A program made the translations under genes and the position numbers. Below, piece after piece: positions 18,571 to 27,921 of a stretch of DNA of 64,000 nucleotides (positions within the stretch are counted from its first letter, which is position 1; every line of letters starts with the position of its first letter). Origin of the DNA: Burkholderiales bacterium (GTDB taxonomy: Bacteria > Pseudomonadota > Gammaproteobacteria > Burkholderiales > SG8-39); NCBI GenBank assembly GCA_050248795.1, contig JBFWRS010000002.1, positions 69,018-133,017 on the forward strand. Reading direction: 5' to 3'. The notes beneath the pieces are model-generated. The model had not been told where the DNA came from. It ran no database searches and saw nothing but the letters and a program-made list of their open reading frames with translations.

Positions 18571-20363
18571 GCCGCCGCCTCGAGCCTCGGCGCGTCGGCG
18601 AGGAACTGCAGCCTGGCAAGGCTCGCGTACAGGCCGCCCTGGCGCATCAGTTCGGCATGCGAGCCTTCGGCGACGATGCGCCCGTGCTCCATGACGACGA
18701 TGCGGTCGGCGTGCTGCACCGTGGCGAGGCGGTGCGCGATCACGAGCGTGGTGCGCCCGGCCTCGAGCGTCTCCAGCGCCTGCTGCACCATGCGCTCGCT
18801 TGCGGCATCGAGCGAACTCGTCGCCTCGTCCAGCAGCAGGATCGGCCGGTCGGCGAGCAGCGCGCGCGCGATCGACAGGCGCTGGCGCTGCCCGCCCGAG
18901 AGCGTGACGCCGCGCTCCCCGAGCAGCGTGTCGTATCCCTGCGGCAGCCGCTCGATGAACTCCGCCGCGAACGCGCGCTCGCAGGCCGCGCGCACCTCGG
19001 CCGCGCTCGCGTCGGGCCGGCCGTAGCGCACGTTGTCGGTGACGCTGGAGGCGAAGATCACCGGCTCCTGCGGTACGACGGCGATGAGGGCGCGCAGCGC
19101 GCGCGGCTCGAACTCGCGCACGTCGATGCCGTTCACGCGCACCGCGCCGCGCTGCGGGTCGTAGAAGCGCAGCAGCAGCGCGAGCACCGTGGTCTTGCCG
19201 GCGCCCGAGGGCCCGACCAGCGCGACGCGTTCGCCAGCCGACACGCGCAGGGAGAAATCGGACAGCGCCGGCGTGTCCGGGCGCGCCGGGTAGGCGAAGC
19301 CCACCGCTTCGAAAGCGACCTCGCGCACCGCGGCAGGCGCCGCCGCCGGCGCTGCCGGCGCGACGATCTGCGGTGCGGTTTCCAGCAGTTCCATCAGGCG
19401 CTCGGTCGCCCCGGCCGCGCGCTGCAGGTCGCCATACACTTCCGAGATCGCCGCCACCGCGCCCGCGGCGACCGCGCAGTAGAAGACGAACGCGGAAAGG
19501 CTGCCTGCCGACAGGGTTCCCGCGAGCACGTCGCGGCCGCCGATCCACAGCACCACCGCGACGCCGCCGTAGATCACCAGCATGACGAAGGCGATCAGCA
19601 TCGCCTTGATGCCGATGCGCTCGACGCCGGACGCATGGGCGCGCTCGACCAGCACGCCGAAATCCCGCCGCGACGCGTCCTCGTGCGCGTACGACTGCAC
19701 GGTGCGGATCTCGTGCAGCGCCTCGTCCGCGTGCACGCTGACGTCGGCGATGCGGTCCTGGTTCTCGCGCGAGTAGCGCCGCACGCGCCGCCCGACGAAC
19801 ACCATCGCCGCCACCAGCACCGGCGCGAACGCGAGCACCACCAGCGTCAGCTTCAGGTTGGTGAGGAGCAGCAGCGCCACCGCGCCCACGAGCAGCAGCG
19901 CGTTCCTCACCGCCATCGAGAAGCCGAATCCGATCACGCCCTGCAGCAGCGTGGTGTCGTTGGTCAGCCGCGAGATCACCTCCGCGGTGCGGGCGCTCTC
20001 GAAGAACGAGGGCGCGAACGAAAGCACGTGGTTGAACACCGCGCGGCGGATGTCGGCGATCACGCGCTCGCCGGTGGTCATCATCAGGTAGAAGCGCGCC
20101 CAGGTCGCCGCCGACAGCAGCACCGCAAGCCCGAGCACGCCGGCGAGCGCAAGGTCTAGGATGCGCTCGTCCGCCGCGCCGAAGCCGGCGTCGATGACAT
20201 GGCGCAGCCCCTGGCCGAGCGCAAGCACGCACGACGCTGCGACCAGCAGCGACGCGATCGCGCCGGCGACGCGAGCCTTGTACGGCGCGAGGAACCTGCC
20301 GAGCCTGAGGAACTGCGACCAGTCGCGGCTCGCGGGCCGCTCGGGAAGGTGTTCGGCGATCAT
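18567..20363 (-). CDS. ABC exporter, fused TMD-NBD (MsbA-related)
   Basis: GPSGAGKT Walker A, LSGGQRQR, LLLDEAT. Confidence 0.9.
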   Translation of the reverse strand: MIAEHLPERPASRDWSQFLRLGRFLAPYKARVAGAIASLLVAASCVLALGQGLRHVIDAGFGAADERILDLALAGVLGLAVLLSAATWARFYLMMTTGERVIADIRRAVFNHVLSFAPSFFESARTAEVISRLTNDTTLLQGVIGFGFSMAVRNALLLVGAVALLLLTNLKLTLVVLAFAPVLVAAMVFVGRRVRRYSRENQDRIADVSVHADEALHEIRTVQSYAHEDASRRDFGVLVERAHASGVERIGIKAMLIAFVMLVIYGGVAVVLWIGGRDVLAGTLSAGSLSAFVFYCAVAAGAVAAISEVYGDLQRAAGATERLMELLETAPQIVAPAAPAAAPAAVREVAFEAVGFAYPARPDTPALSDFSLRVSAGERVALVGPSGAGKTTVLALLLRFYDPQRGAVRVNGIDVREFEPRALRALIAVVPQEPVIFASSVTDNVRYGRPDASAAEVRAACERAFAAEFIERLPQGYDTLLGERGVTLSGGQRQRLSIARALLADRPILLLDEATSSLDAASERMVQQALETLEAGRTTLVIAHRLATVQHADRIVVMEHGRIVAEGSHAELMRQGGLYASLARLQFLADAPRLEAAA

Positions 20364-20382
20364 GCCGAACCGATGTTACCCG

Positions 20383-23028
20383 CTAGCGGGAGTAGAAACG
20401 ATAGTTGTTGCGGCCGAGCTGCTTCGCACGGTACATCGCCACGTCGGCGTTGCGCAGCAGCGCCTCGCCGTCGCCCGCATCGGCGGGAAACACCGAGATG
20501 CCGATCGAGGCGCCGATGCGGAACTCCTGCCCGTCGATGATGCACGGCGGGTCGAGCGCGCGCAGGATCTTCTCGGCGACGACCTGGCAGTCGGCTTCGA
20601 GCGCGAGGTCCGGCATGACGACGACGAACTCGTCGCCTCCCTGGCGCGCCACGGTATCGGCCTTGCGCACGCAGCCGGCAAGGCGCCGCGACACCTCGCG
20701 CAGGACGGCGTCGCCGGCGCGATGGCCGAGCGTGTCGTTCACCTGCTTGAAATCGTCCAGGTCCACCAGCATCACGCCGACGCGCGCATCGCGGCGCTGC
20801 GCCAGGTACACCGCCTGCTTGAGGCGGTCGTCCAGCAGCCGGCGGTTCGGCAGGCCGGTGAGCGTGTCGTGGTAGGCGAGGAAGCGCACTTCCTCCTCCT
20901 GGCGCTTCGCCTGCGTGATGTCGCGCGATGCGCCGAGCATGCGCCTTGAGACGCCGTCGCGGCCGCGCATCAGCTTTCCTTCGGACGCCACCCAGCGCGT
21001 TTCCCCCGCCGGCGTGACGATGCGGAATTCGCACCTGTAACCATCGCCGGATTCGATGGCGCGCCGCCCGATCGCGTCGTAGCGCTCGCGGTCCTCCGGG
21101 TGCACGAGCGTACGCAGTTCCGGCCAGGCCGACGCGGGTTCGTCCTGCGCGCCGATCAGCCCCGAGGGATCTCGGCCCCACAGCACCGCGTCGGCGTCGA
21201 TGTCCCACTCCCAGTAATACAGGTCGGCCGCGTCCGCCGCGAGGCGCAGTTTCTCCACGCTCTCGTGCAGCGCCGCGGCGGCGAGCCTCTGCTCGGTGAT
21301 GTCGCGCGCGGTGCCGGTCGTGCCGACCGTCCTGCCGCGCGTGTCGCGCAGCGGAATCGCGTTGAACGACAGGTCCACGTGCGTGCCGTCGCGGCGCAGG
21401 TGGCGGGTCTCGTAGTCCTGCACGGACTCGCCCGCGAGGACGCGCCCGAACACCGCAATGTCCCGGTCCATCACCTCCGGCGCGACCCGCTCGCGCATCG
21501 GCGTGCCGAGCAGCTCGGCGGGCTCGAAGCCGTAGATCCTGCGCGACGCCGCGGCGTTGAGGTAGGACCAGTTGCCATCCGCGTCGCTGGTCCAGATCAG
21601 GTCGTTCGAGGTCTCGACGAGGTTGCGGTACATCGCCTCGCTGCGCTTCAGCCGCGCCTCGGCCTCGCGCCGCTCGGCGATGTCCATGAAGGCAAGCACC
21701 GCGGATTCGCGCGGCGCGGCCGGGTTCGCCGCCCGCATCTGCATGTGCACCCACGCCTTCGAGCCGTCCTTCCTGCGCAGCGGCCCGTCGATCTCGAACA
21801 CGCCGCCCGAGCCCAGCTTGTCGTAGAAATCGACGCCCTGGCGCCAGTACTCGTCGCTGTAGTAGATGTCGCGCACCGATCGGCCGGCCAGCTCGCCCGG
21901 CCCGTAGCCCAGCATGCGCTCCAGCAGCGGGTTGCAGCGCTCGATGATGCGGTCCCTGAGGAAGGCCACGCCGACCGGCAGCGTATCCAGCATCAGGTTC
22001 TCCTCGGCGAGCAGCGCCAGGTACGCCTGCTGCGCGCGCTTCAGTTCGCTGATGTCGGTGAACATGCTCACCGACCCGCCGGCGCGCGTGCGCTCGAAGC
22101 GCCCCTGCAACCAGCGGCCGTCGCTCACCTGGAGGACGCGCGACGACCCCCCCGGCAGCCGCCGCCGCGCGATGCGCTCCTCGAACCAGGACTCGAACGC
22201 CTCGGCGGGCGCTGCCGGCATCTCGACCGCGTACGCGGCGCGCGCGATGTCGCGATAGGGAACGCCGGCCAGTTCGCCGGCCGCGCGGCCGTCGCCGTAG
22301 GTGCGCGCGTAGGTATCGTTGCACAGCACCAGGCGGTCGGCGTCGTCGTACACAGCGATGCCCTCGGGAAAACTCTCGATCGCGTCGCGCAGTCGCGCTT
22401 CGCTCTCGGCAAGCCTTGCCGACAGCGCCTCGTTGCTCATCCGGGTGCGCAGCATGCTGATGAAGTTGGCGTGTATGCCGCGGTAGACCCAGGACGCGAC
22501 CGCGGCGAACACCACGACCATCATCGCCAGCAGCTGGTAGCTGCGGCCCGGCTGCGAGGCGAGCAGCAGGATCACCGCGCCGAGCGGCAGCGCAATGAAG
22601 GCGATGAACGCCGGCATGCTGGCGCCGTAGACGCCGATCGCGCCGAGGCCGCTGCCGACGACGATGAACACCAGCACGGTCTGCATCAACGGGTCGCTGA
22701 GGGGAAAGAACACGAACGCCGCCGCGGCCCAAAGCGCGCCGCCCGCCAGCGCGCCCAGGCAGAAGCGCCGTTCCCAGAGCGCCGGCACGCGCTCGTCGGC
22801 CGCCGCGCGCGCGTAGCGCCAGTGCAGCAGCACCCGGGCGAGCGTGGTCGCCACCACCGCAAGCAGCCACGCCTGCAGCGCGCCTGCGGTAAGCGGCCCC
22901 CACAGGACGAGCGCGAACAGCGCGGCGATCGCCAGCGTCGTCGCGTAAGCGGGCCTGGCGAATCGATACAGGGTGTCGACGCGCGCCTGCTCGAGCCTTG
23001 CGTCGTCGTGCCGGGTCGCGGATTCCAT
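20383..23028 (-). CDS. Membrane sensor diguanylate cyclase with multiple PAS domains
   Basis: N-terminal TM helices, about four PAS-like repeats, HDTLTGLPNR, DLDDFK, RQGGDEF; no EAL domain. Confidence 0.9.
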   Translation of the reverse strand: MESATRHDDARLEQARVDTLYRFARPAYATTLAIAALFALVLWGPLTAGALQAWLLAVVATTLARVLLHWRYARAAADERVPALWERRFCLGALAGGALWAAAAFVFFPLSDPLMQTVLVFIVVGSGLGAIGVYGASMPAFIAFIALPLGAVILLLASQPGRSYQLLAMMVVVFAAVASWVYRGIHANFISMLRTRMSNEALSARLAESEARLRDAIESFPEGIAVYDDADRLVLCNDTYARTYGDGRAAGELAGVPYRDIARAAYAVEMPAAPAEAFESWFEERIARRRLPGGSSRVLQVSDGRWLQGRFERTRAGGSVSMFTDISELKRAQQAYLALLAEENLMLDTLPVGVAFLRDRIIERCNPLLERMLGYGPGELAGRSVRDIYYSDEYWRQGVDFYDKLGSGGVFEIDGPLRRKDGSKAWVHMQMRAANPAAPRESAVLAFMDIAERREAEARLKRSEAMYRNLVETSNDLIWTSDADGNWSYLNAAASRRIYGFEPAELLGTPMRERVAPEVMDRDIAVFGRVLAGESVQDYETRHLRRDGTHVDLSFNAIPLRDTRGRTVGTTGTARDITEQRLAAAALHESVEKLRLAADAADLYYWEWDIDADAVLWGRDPSGLIGAQDEPASAWPELRTLVHPEDRERYDAIGRRAIESGDGYRCEFRIVTPAGETRWVASEGKLMRGRDGVSRRMLGASRDITQAKRQEEEVRFLAYHDTLTGLPNRRLLDDRLKQAVYLAQRRDARVGVMLVDLDDFKQVNDTLGHRAGDAVLREVSRRLAGCVRKADTVARQGGDEFVVVMPDLALEADCQVVAEKILRALDPPCIIDGQEFRIGASIGISVFPADAGDGEALLRNADVAMYRAKQLGRNNYRFYSR

Positions 23029-23132
23029 GCTGGCGCAGACTCTATGCCAAGGCGCCGCGACAAACGAGCGGTTTGCGCACGCCGCTGACCAACTCTTGCA
23101 ATGTGGTGAGCGCGGCTGTGGCGTGCCGGCTG

Positions 23133-24347
23133 CTACGCCAGGGCCGCGTCGACGAGCTGGATCCAGTGGCGCACCGGCAGCTGCGCTTCTGCCTGCAGGT
23201 GCGTCAGGCAGCCGATGTTCGCGGTGACCATGCATGCGGGCATGCCGCTCGCCAGCGCATTCAGCTTGCGCGTGCGCAGTTCGGCGGCCAGCGACGGCTG
23301 CAGGATCGAGTAGGCGCCCGCCGAGCCGCAGCACAGGTGCGCGTCCGGCACCGCCGTGAGCTCGTGGCCGATCCTCGCAAGGATCGCCTCGACCTTGCCG
23401 CGCAACTGTTGCGCGTGCTGCAGCGTGCAGGGCGAGTGGAACGCCAGCTTGCCGCGACCGGCGCCTGCAGGCAACGCGTCGGGCGGCACCACCTCGCACA
23501 GGTCGCGCGTCATCGCGCTGACGCGTGCGGCCTTGTCGCGGTAGGCCGGATCGCCCGCCAGCAGGTGGCCGTACTCGCGCACCGTCGCGCCGCAGCCGCT
23601 GGCGGTCATGACGACGGCCTCGATGCCCCCGGTCTCGATGAGCGGCCACCACGCGTCGATCAACGCGCGCATCTGCTGCATGCCCGCCTGCTGCTCGTTC
23701 AGGTGGAACCGCACCGCGCCGCAGCAGCCCGCATCGGCCGCCTGGACGAGCGACACGCCGATGCGGTCGAGCACGCGCGCGGCCGCCGCGTTTATGGCCG
23801 GCGCCAGCGCGGGTTGCACGCAGCCTGCGAGCACGAGCATGCGCCGCGCGTGCCGCGGTGCCGGCCAGTCGCCCGACGCCTCGGCGCGCGCGGGAATCCT
23901 GCGCTGCAGCGATGCCGGCAGCAGCGGCCTGGCGAGCTGCCCCGCAGTCAGCGCGGCGGCAAACAGCCCGCTGCGCGGCAGCGCGTACGACAGCAGCGCG
24001 CGCTTCGCGCGATCCCAGGCGCCGCGCGAGGTGCGCGCCTCGACGAAGCCGCGGCCGATGTCGGCCAGCCGGCCGTAGCGCACGCCTGACGGACAGGTGG
24101 TCTCGCAGGCGCGGCAGGTGAGGCAGCGGTCCAGGTGCAGTCGCGTCTTCGGCGTCACCGGCGCGCCTTCCAGCGCCTGCTTGATCAGGTAGATGCGGCC
24201 GCGCGGGCCGTCCAGTTCGTCGCCGAGCAGCTGGTACGTGGGGCAGGTGGCCGTGCAGAAGCCGCAATGCACGCACTTGCGCAGGATGCCCTCGGCCTCC
24301 CGGCCCTCCGGGGTATCGCGCAGTTCGGCAACCAGGTTGGTCTGCAT
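23133..24347 (-). CDS. glcF: Glycolate oxidase iron-sulfur subunit
   Basis: CVHCGFCTATCP, CLTCRACETTCP, CCG motifs. Confidence 0.93.
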   Translation of the reverse strand: MQTNLVAELRDTPEGREAEGILRKCVHCGFCTATCPTYQLLGDELDGPRGRIYLIKQALEGAPVTPKTRLHLDRCLTCRACETTCPSGVRYGRLADIGRGFVEARTSRGAWDRAKRALLSYALPRSGLFAAALTAGQLARPLLPASLQRRIPARAEASGDWPAPRHARRMLVLAGCVQPALAPAINAAAARVLDRIGVSLVQAADAGCCGAVRFHLNEQQAGMQQMRALIDAWWPLIETGGIEAVVMTASGCGATVREYGHLLAGDPAYRDKAARVSAMTRDLCEVVPPDALPAGAGRGKLAFHSPCTLQHAQQLRGKVEAILARIGHELTAVPDAHLCCGSAGAYSILQPSLAAELRTRKLNALASGMPACMVTANIGCLTHLQAEAQLPVRHWIQLVDAALA

Positions 24348-24367
24348 CTGCTCGCTATACTGCGGCC

Positions 24368-24571
24368 ATGAAGGCCGTGTTCTGGCTGTTCGTTTTCGGC
24401 GCGGTGGCGGGCATCGCGATCCTCGTGCTGCAGCTCAGGCGCCGCTGGCTCGCACGCAAGGAAGCTGAGGAGGCTCGCGCCATGATGGTCATCGCCGAGG
24501 TCATGCGCGCCCGGGCCCCGGGTAAAGACGGCCCGGGTTCAGGATCCCCGCCGGGTCGAAAACAGCCTTGA
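24368..24571 (+). CDS. Putative small single-TM protein, antisense within the glc operon
   Basis: MKAVFWLFVFGAVAGIAILVLQLRRRW: hydrophobic helix followed by a basic patch; fills the glcE-glcF gap. Confidence 0.45.
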   Translation: MKAVFWLFVFGAVAGIAILVLQLRRRWLARKEAEEARAMMVIAEVMRARAPGKDGPGSGSPPGRKQP

Positions 24572-25574
24572 GCTCGTGGTGCAGGCGCGCCAGTACCGGC
24601 GGCAGCGGCGCGAACGCGTCTGCCCGCCGTGTGGCGCCGCGGAACAGCGTCGCGTGCCCGCCCGTGCGCTGCGCTGCGGCGCGCACCGTTTCGGTGTCGG
24701 CGCTGGTGCGCACCCAGCGCAAGGCGCCTCCCCATTCGCTCAGCCGGTCCCCTGGCAGCTCTATCGGCGGCGCGTTCGAGGGCACCGACAGGCGCCACAG
24801 CGGCGCGGCACCGGCGAAGAACGCATGCGTGTGCTCGCGGATGCCGAGCCAGAACCTTTCGGACGCCGCGCCTTCGATGCGCTCGCCGCCGATCCTTTCG
24901 CTGGCGGCACGCAGCGCGCTTTCGGCGCCCGACAGCCGCACCGACAGCTCGCCATCGCGCCACACCGTGGCGCTCAGCGGCAACGGCGTTCCCGCCCAGC
25001 GGTTCATCTGCTCCAGCGCCTTCGCTTCCGGCATCTCGAGCGTCAGCGTCATTTCCTGCGCCGGCCGCGGCAGCACCTTCAGCGATACCTCGAGGATCAG
25101 CCCCAGCGTGCCCAGCGATCCGGCAAGCAGCCGCGACACGTCGTAGCCGGCAACGTTCTTCATCACCTGCCCGCCGAAGGCCAGGTCGCGCCCCCGGCCA
25201 TCGATGATGCGCGCGCCAAGGACGAAATCGCGCACCGCGCCAGCACTCGCGCGGCGCGGCCCGGACAGCCCGGCCGCGACGCAGCCGCCCAGCGTCGCGC
25301 CGGCGCCGAAATGCGGCGGCTCGAAAGGCAGCATCTGGCGCTCGCGCTCGAGCACCGCGTCGATCTCGGCGAGCGGCGTGCCGCAGCGCGCGGTAAGCAC
25401 CAGCTCGGTCGGCTCGTAGCTCACCAGCCCGGCGTAGGTACGCACGTCGAGCGGTTCGCCCTGCGGCTCGCCGCCGTAGAAATCCTTGCTGCCGCCGCCG
25501 CGCAGGCATAGCGGCGTGCCGTTGCCGGCAGCGTCCCGGATGCGCCCGGCAAACCCGGCGGCGATCGCGTCCAT
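24501..25574 (-). CDS. glcE: Glycolate oxidase FAD-binding subunit
   Basis: YEPTELV, GLSGPRR, GGQVMKNVAGYD, FDPAGILNPG. Confidence 0.92.
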   Translation of the reverse strand: MDAIAAGFAGRIRDAAGNGTPLCLRGGGSKDFYGGEPQGEPLDVRTYAGLVSYEPTELVLTARCGTPLAEIDAVLERERQMLPFEPPHFGAGATLGGCVAAGLSGPRRASAGAVRDFVLGARIIDGRGRDLAFGGQVMKNVAGYDVSRLLAGSLGTLGLILEVSLKVLPRPAQEMTLTLEMPEAKALEQMNRWAGTPLPLSATVWRDGELSVRLSGAESALRAASERIGGERIEGAASERFWLGIREHTHAFFAGAAPLWRLSVPSNAPPIELPGDRLSEWGGALRWVRTSADTETVRAAAQRTGGHATLFRGATRRADAFAPLPPVLARLHHELKAVFDPAGILNPGRLYPGPGRA

Positions 25575-27064
25575 CAGAAGCGCGGCAGGCCGGGATGCGC
25601 CAGCTTGCCGCCATGCACGCGCATGCGGCCGTGTTCGGCGCAGCGCGCCAGCGTCGGCACCGCCTTGCCCGGATTGAGCAGGCCGAGGGGGTCGAACACC
25701 CGCTTCACGGCGTGAAACAGCTCGAGCTCCTCAGCGCGGAACTGCGTGCACATCTGGTTGATCTTCTCGATGCCGACGCCGTGCTCGCCGGTGATCGTGC
25801 CGCCGACCTCGATGCACTTCTCCAGCACCTCCTCGGCGAAGGACTCGGTGCGGCGCAGCTGCTCCGGGTCGTTGGCGTCGAACAGGATCAGCGGATGCAG
25901 GTTGCCGTCGCCGGCGTGGAACACGTTCGGGCAGCGCAGGCCGTATTTGCGTTCCATGTCGGCGATGAAGTTGAGCACCTCGCCCAGGCGCCGCTTGGGG
26001 ATGGTGCCATCCATGCAGTAGTAATCCGGCGAGATGCGCCCGACCGCGGGAAACGCCGCCTTGCGCCCGGACCAGAACTTGAGACGTTCCGCCTCATCGC
26101 GCGACACCTGGGTGCGCGTCGCGCCGGCACCCGCGAACACCGCCTCCATGCGCTCGATCTCGTGCTCCACTTCCTCGGGCGTGCCGTCCGATTCGCACAA
26201 CAGGATCGCCGCCGCGTCGATGTCGTAACCGGCGTGCACGAACTCCTCGACCGCGCGCGTCGCCGGCCGGTCCATCATCTCCAGCCCCGCCGGGATGATG
26301 CCGGCGGCGATCACCGCGGCTACCGCGTTGCCCGCTTTCTCGACGTCGTCGAAGGACGCCATCACCACGCGCGCGAGCTGCGGCCTGGGCAGCAGCTTGA
26401 CCGTCACCTCGACCGTCACCGCGAGCAGCCCTTCCGAGCCTATCGCCAGCGCGAGCAGGTCGTAGCCCGGCGAGTCGAGCGCGTCCGAGCCGAACTCGAC
26501 CGGCTCGCCGTCCATCAGGAACCCGCGCACCCTGAGCACGTTGTGCACGGTCAGGCCGTACTTCAGGCAATGCACGCCGCCCGAATTCTCGGCGACGTTG
26601 CCGCCGATCGAGCACGCGATCTGGCTCGAGGGGTCGGGGGCGTAATACAGGCCGAAGGCCGACACCACGTCGGAGATCGCGGCGTTCCTCACCCCTGGCT
26701 GCACCACCGCGATGCGCGCCAGCGGATCGACGCGCACCACGCGCATGAACTTGGCCATCGACAGCAGCACGCCGTCGCCCGGGGGCAACGCGCCGCCCGA
26801 CAGCCCGGTGCCCGCGCCGCGCGGCACCACCGGCACGCGCATCGCGTGGCAGGTCTTCAGGATGCGCTGGACCTGCTCCTCCGTCTCCGGCAGGGCGACC
26901 ACCATCGGCAGACGGCGGTACGCGGTGAGGCCATCGCATTCCCACGGCCTCGTGTCCTCCTCCTGCCACAGCACCGCGCGCTCCGGCAGGAACGCGCGCA
27001 GCGCCGCCGCCACCTCCCGCTGGCGCGATGCGTCTATGCGTTCGTCAGGTAGGGCTTCGCCCAT
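25574..27064 (-). CDS. glcD: Glycolate oxidase subunit GlcD (FAD-linked oxidase)
   Basis: PRGAGTGLSGG, YAPDPSSQ, HAGDGNLHP, GEHGVG. Confidence 0.92.
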   Translation of the reverse strand: MGEALPDERIDASRQREVAAALRAFLPERAVLWQEEDTRPWECDGLTAYRRLPMVVALPETEEQVQRILKTCHAMRVPVVPRGAGTGLSGGALPPGDGVLLSMAKFMRVVRVDPLARIAVVQPGVRNAAISDVVSAFGLYYAPDPSSQIACSIGGNVAENSGGVHCLKYGLTVHNVLRVRGFLMDGEPVEFGSDALDSPGYDLLALAIGSEGLLAVTVEVTVKLLPRPQLARVVMASFDDVEKAGNAVAAVIAAGIIPAGLEMMDRPATRAVEEFVHAGYDIDAAAILLCESDGTPEEVEHEIERMEAVFAGAGATRTQVSRDEAERLKFWSGRKAAFPAVGRISPDYYCMDGTIPKRRLGEVLNFIADMERKYGLRCPNVFHAGDGNLHPLILFDANDPEQLRRTESFAEEVLEKCIEVGGTITGEHGVGIEKINQMCTQFRAEELELFHAVKRVFDPLGLLNPGKAVPTLARCAEHGRMRVHGGKLAHPGLPRF

Positions 27065-27813
27065 TCGAGGCCGCTCAGTGTGTCCGCCTGTGGATTGTAT
27101 TCGCAGCCGATCCAGCCCGCGTAGCCGAGCCTGTCCACCTCGGCGAGCAGCCACGGGTAGTTGATCTCGCCGCTGCCGGGCTCGTGGCGGCCGGGCACGT
27201 CGGCGAGCTGCATGTGCCCGATGCGCGGCAGCAGGCGCTCGATCGTCTTCGCCAGGTCGCCTTCCATGATCTGCATGTGGAAGAGGTCGTACTGCACGAA
27301 GGCGTTGGCCGCGCCCGCGGCGTCCAGCACCCCGATCGCCTGCGCGGTACCGGTGAGGAAGAAGCCCGGGACGGTGCGCACGTTGATCGGCTCGATCATC
27401 AGCTGCATGCCGGCTGCATCCAGCGCCGACGCGGCAATGCGGACGTTCTCCACCAGCGTGTCGCAATGCACGGCGTCGCGCGGCGCGACGCCGGCAAGGC
27501 AGTTCAGGCGCGTGCAGCCGGCGGCACGCGCGTACTCGACGGCGCGCGCCACGCCGTCGCGGAACTCGCTGCGGCGATCCGGCAGGCAGCCGAGGCCGCG
27601 GTCGCCCTTGGACGCATCGCCCGCGGGCATGTTGTGCAGCACCACTCGCACGCCCGCGTCCTGCGCCGCCTGCGCGACCTCGGCCGCAGAGCCGAACGCG
27701 TATGGAAACTGGTACTCGACAGCACGGAATCCGGCGCGCGCCGCGGCGCCGAAGCGCTCGAGGAACGGCAGCTCGGTGAACAGCATCGACAGGTTCGCGG
27801 CGAGCCTGGGCAT
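27034..27813 (-). CDS. hyi: Hydroxypyruvate isomerase family protein
   Basis: ANLSMLFTE, IEPIN, QYDLFHMQ, ADVPGRHEPG. Confidence 0.9.
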   Translation of the reverse strand: MPRLAANLSMLFTELPFLERFGAAARAGFRAVEYQFPYAFGSAAEVAQAAQDAGVRVVLHNMPAGDASKGDRGLGCLPDRRSEFRDGVARAVEYARAAGCTRLNCLAGVAPRDAVHCDTLVENVRIAASALDAAGMQLMIEPINVRTVPGFFLTGTAQAIGVLDAAGAANAFVQYDLFHMQIMEGDLAKTIERLLPRIGHMQLADVPGRHEPGSGEINYPWLLAEVDRLGYAGWIGCEYNPQADTLSGLEWAKPYLTNA

Positions 27814-27921
27814 GTGCGCTGCGTGCGCAGAAACTTCGGTTGGTATACGCCGATTCTATCCGAGGCGCGCGCTGCGGACCGGCGTTGCTTTCTGCCGGCT
27901 TAGTGTCGAGAATCGGGGACG

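Noticed and set aside
20383-24276. Apparent 1297-aa ORF, and similar N-terminally extended ORFs for soeA, glcD, mrpD and the ABC fusion
   Set aside because: The extensions are stop-free alternate frames of upstream genes; real starts are internal, so these are not true fusions
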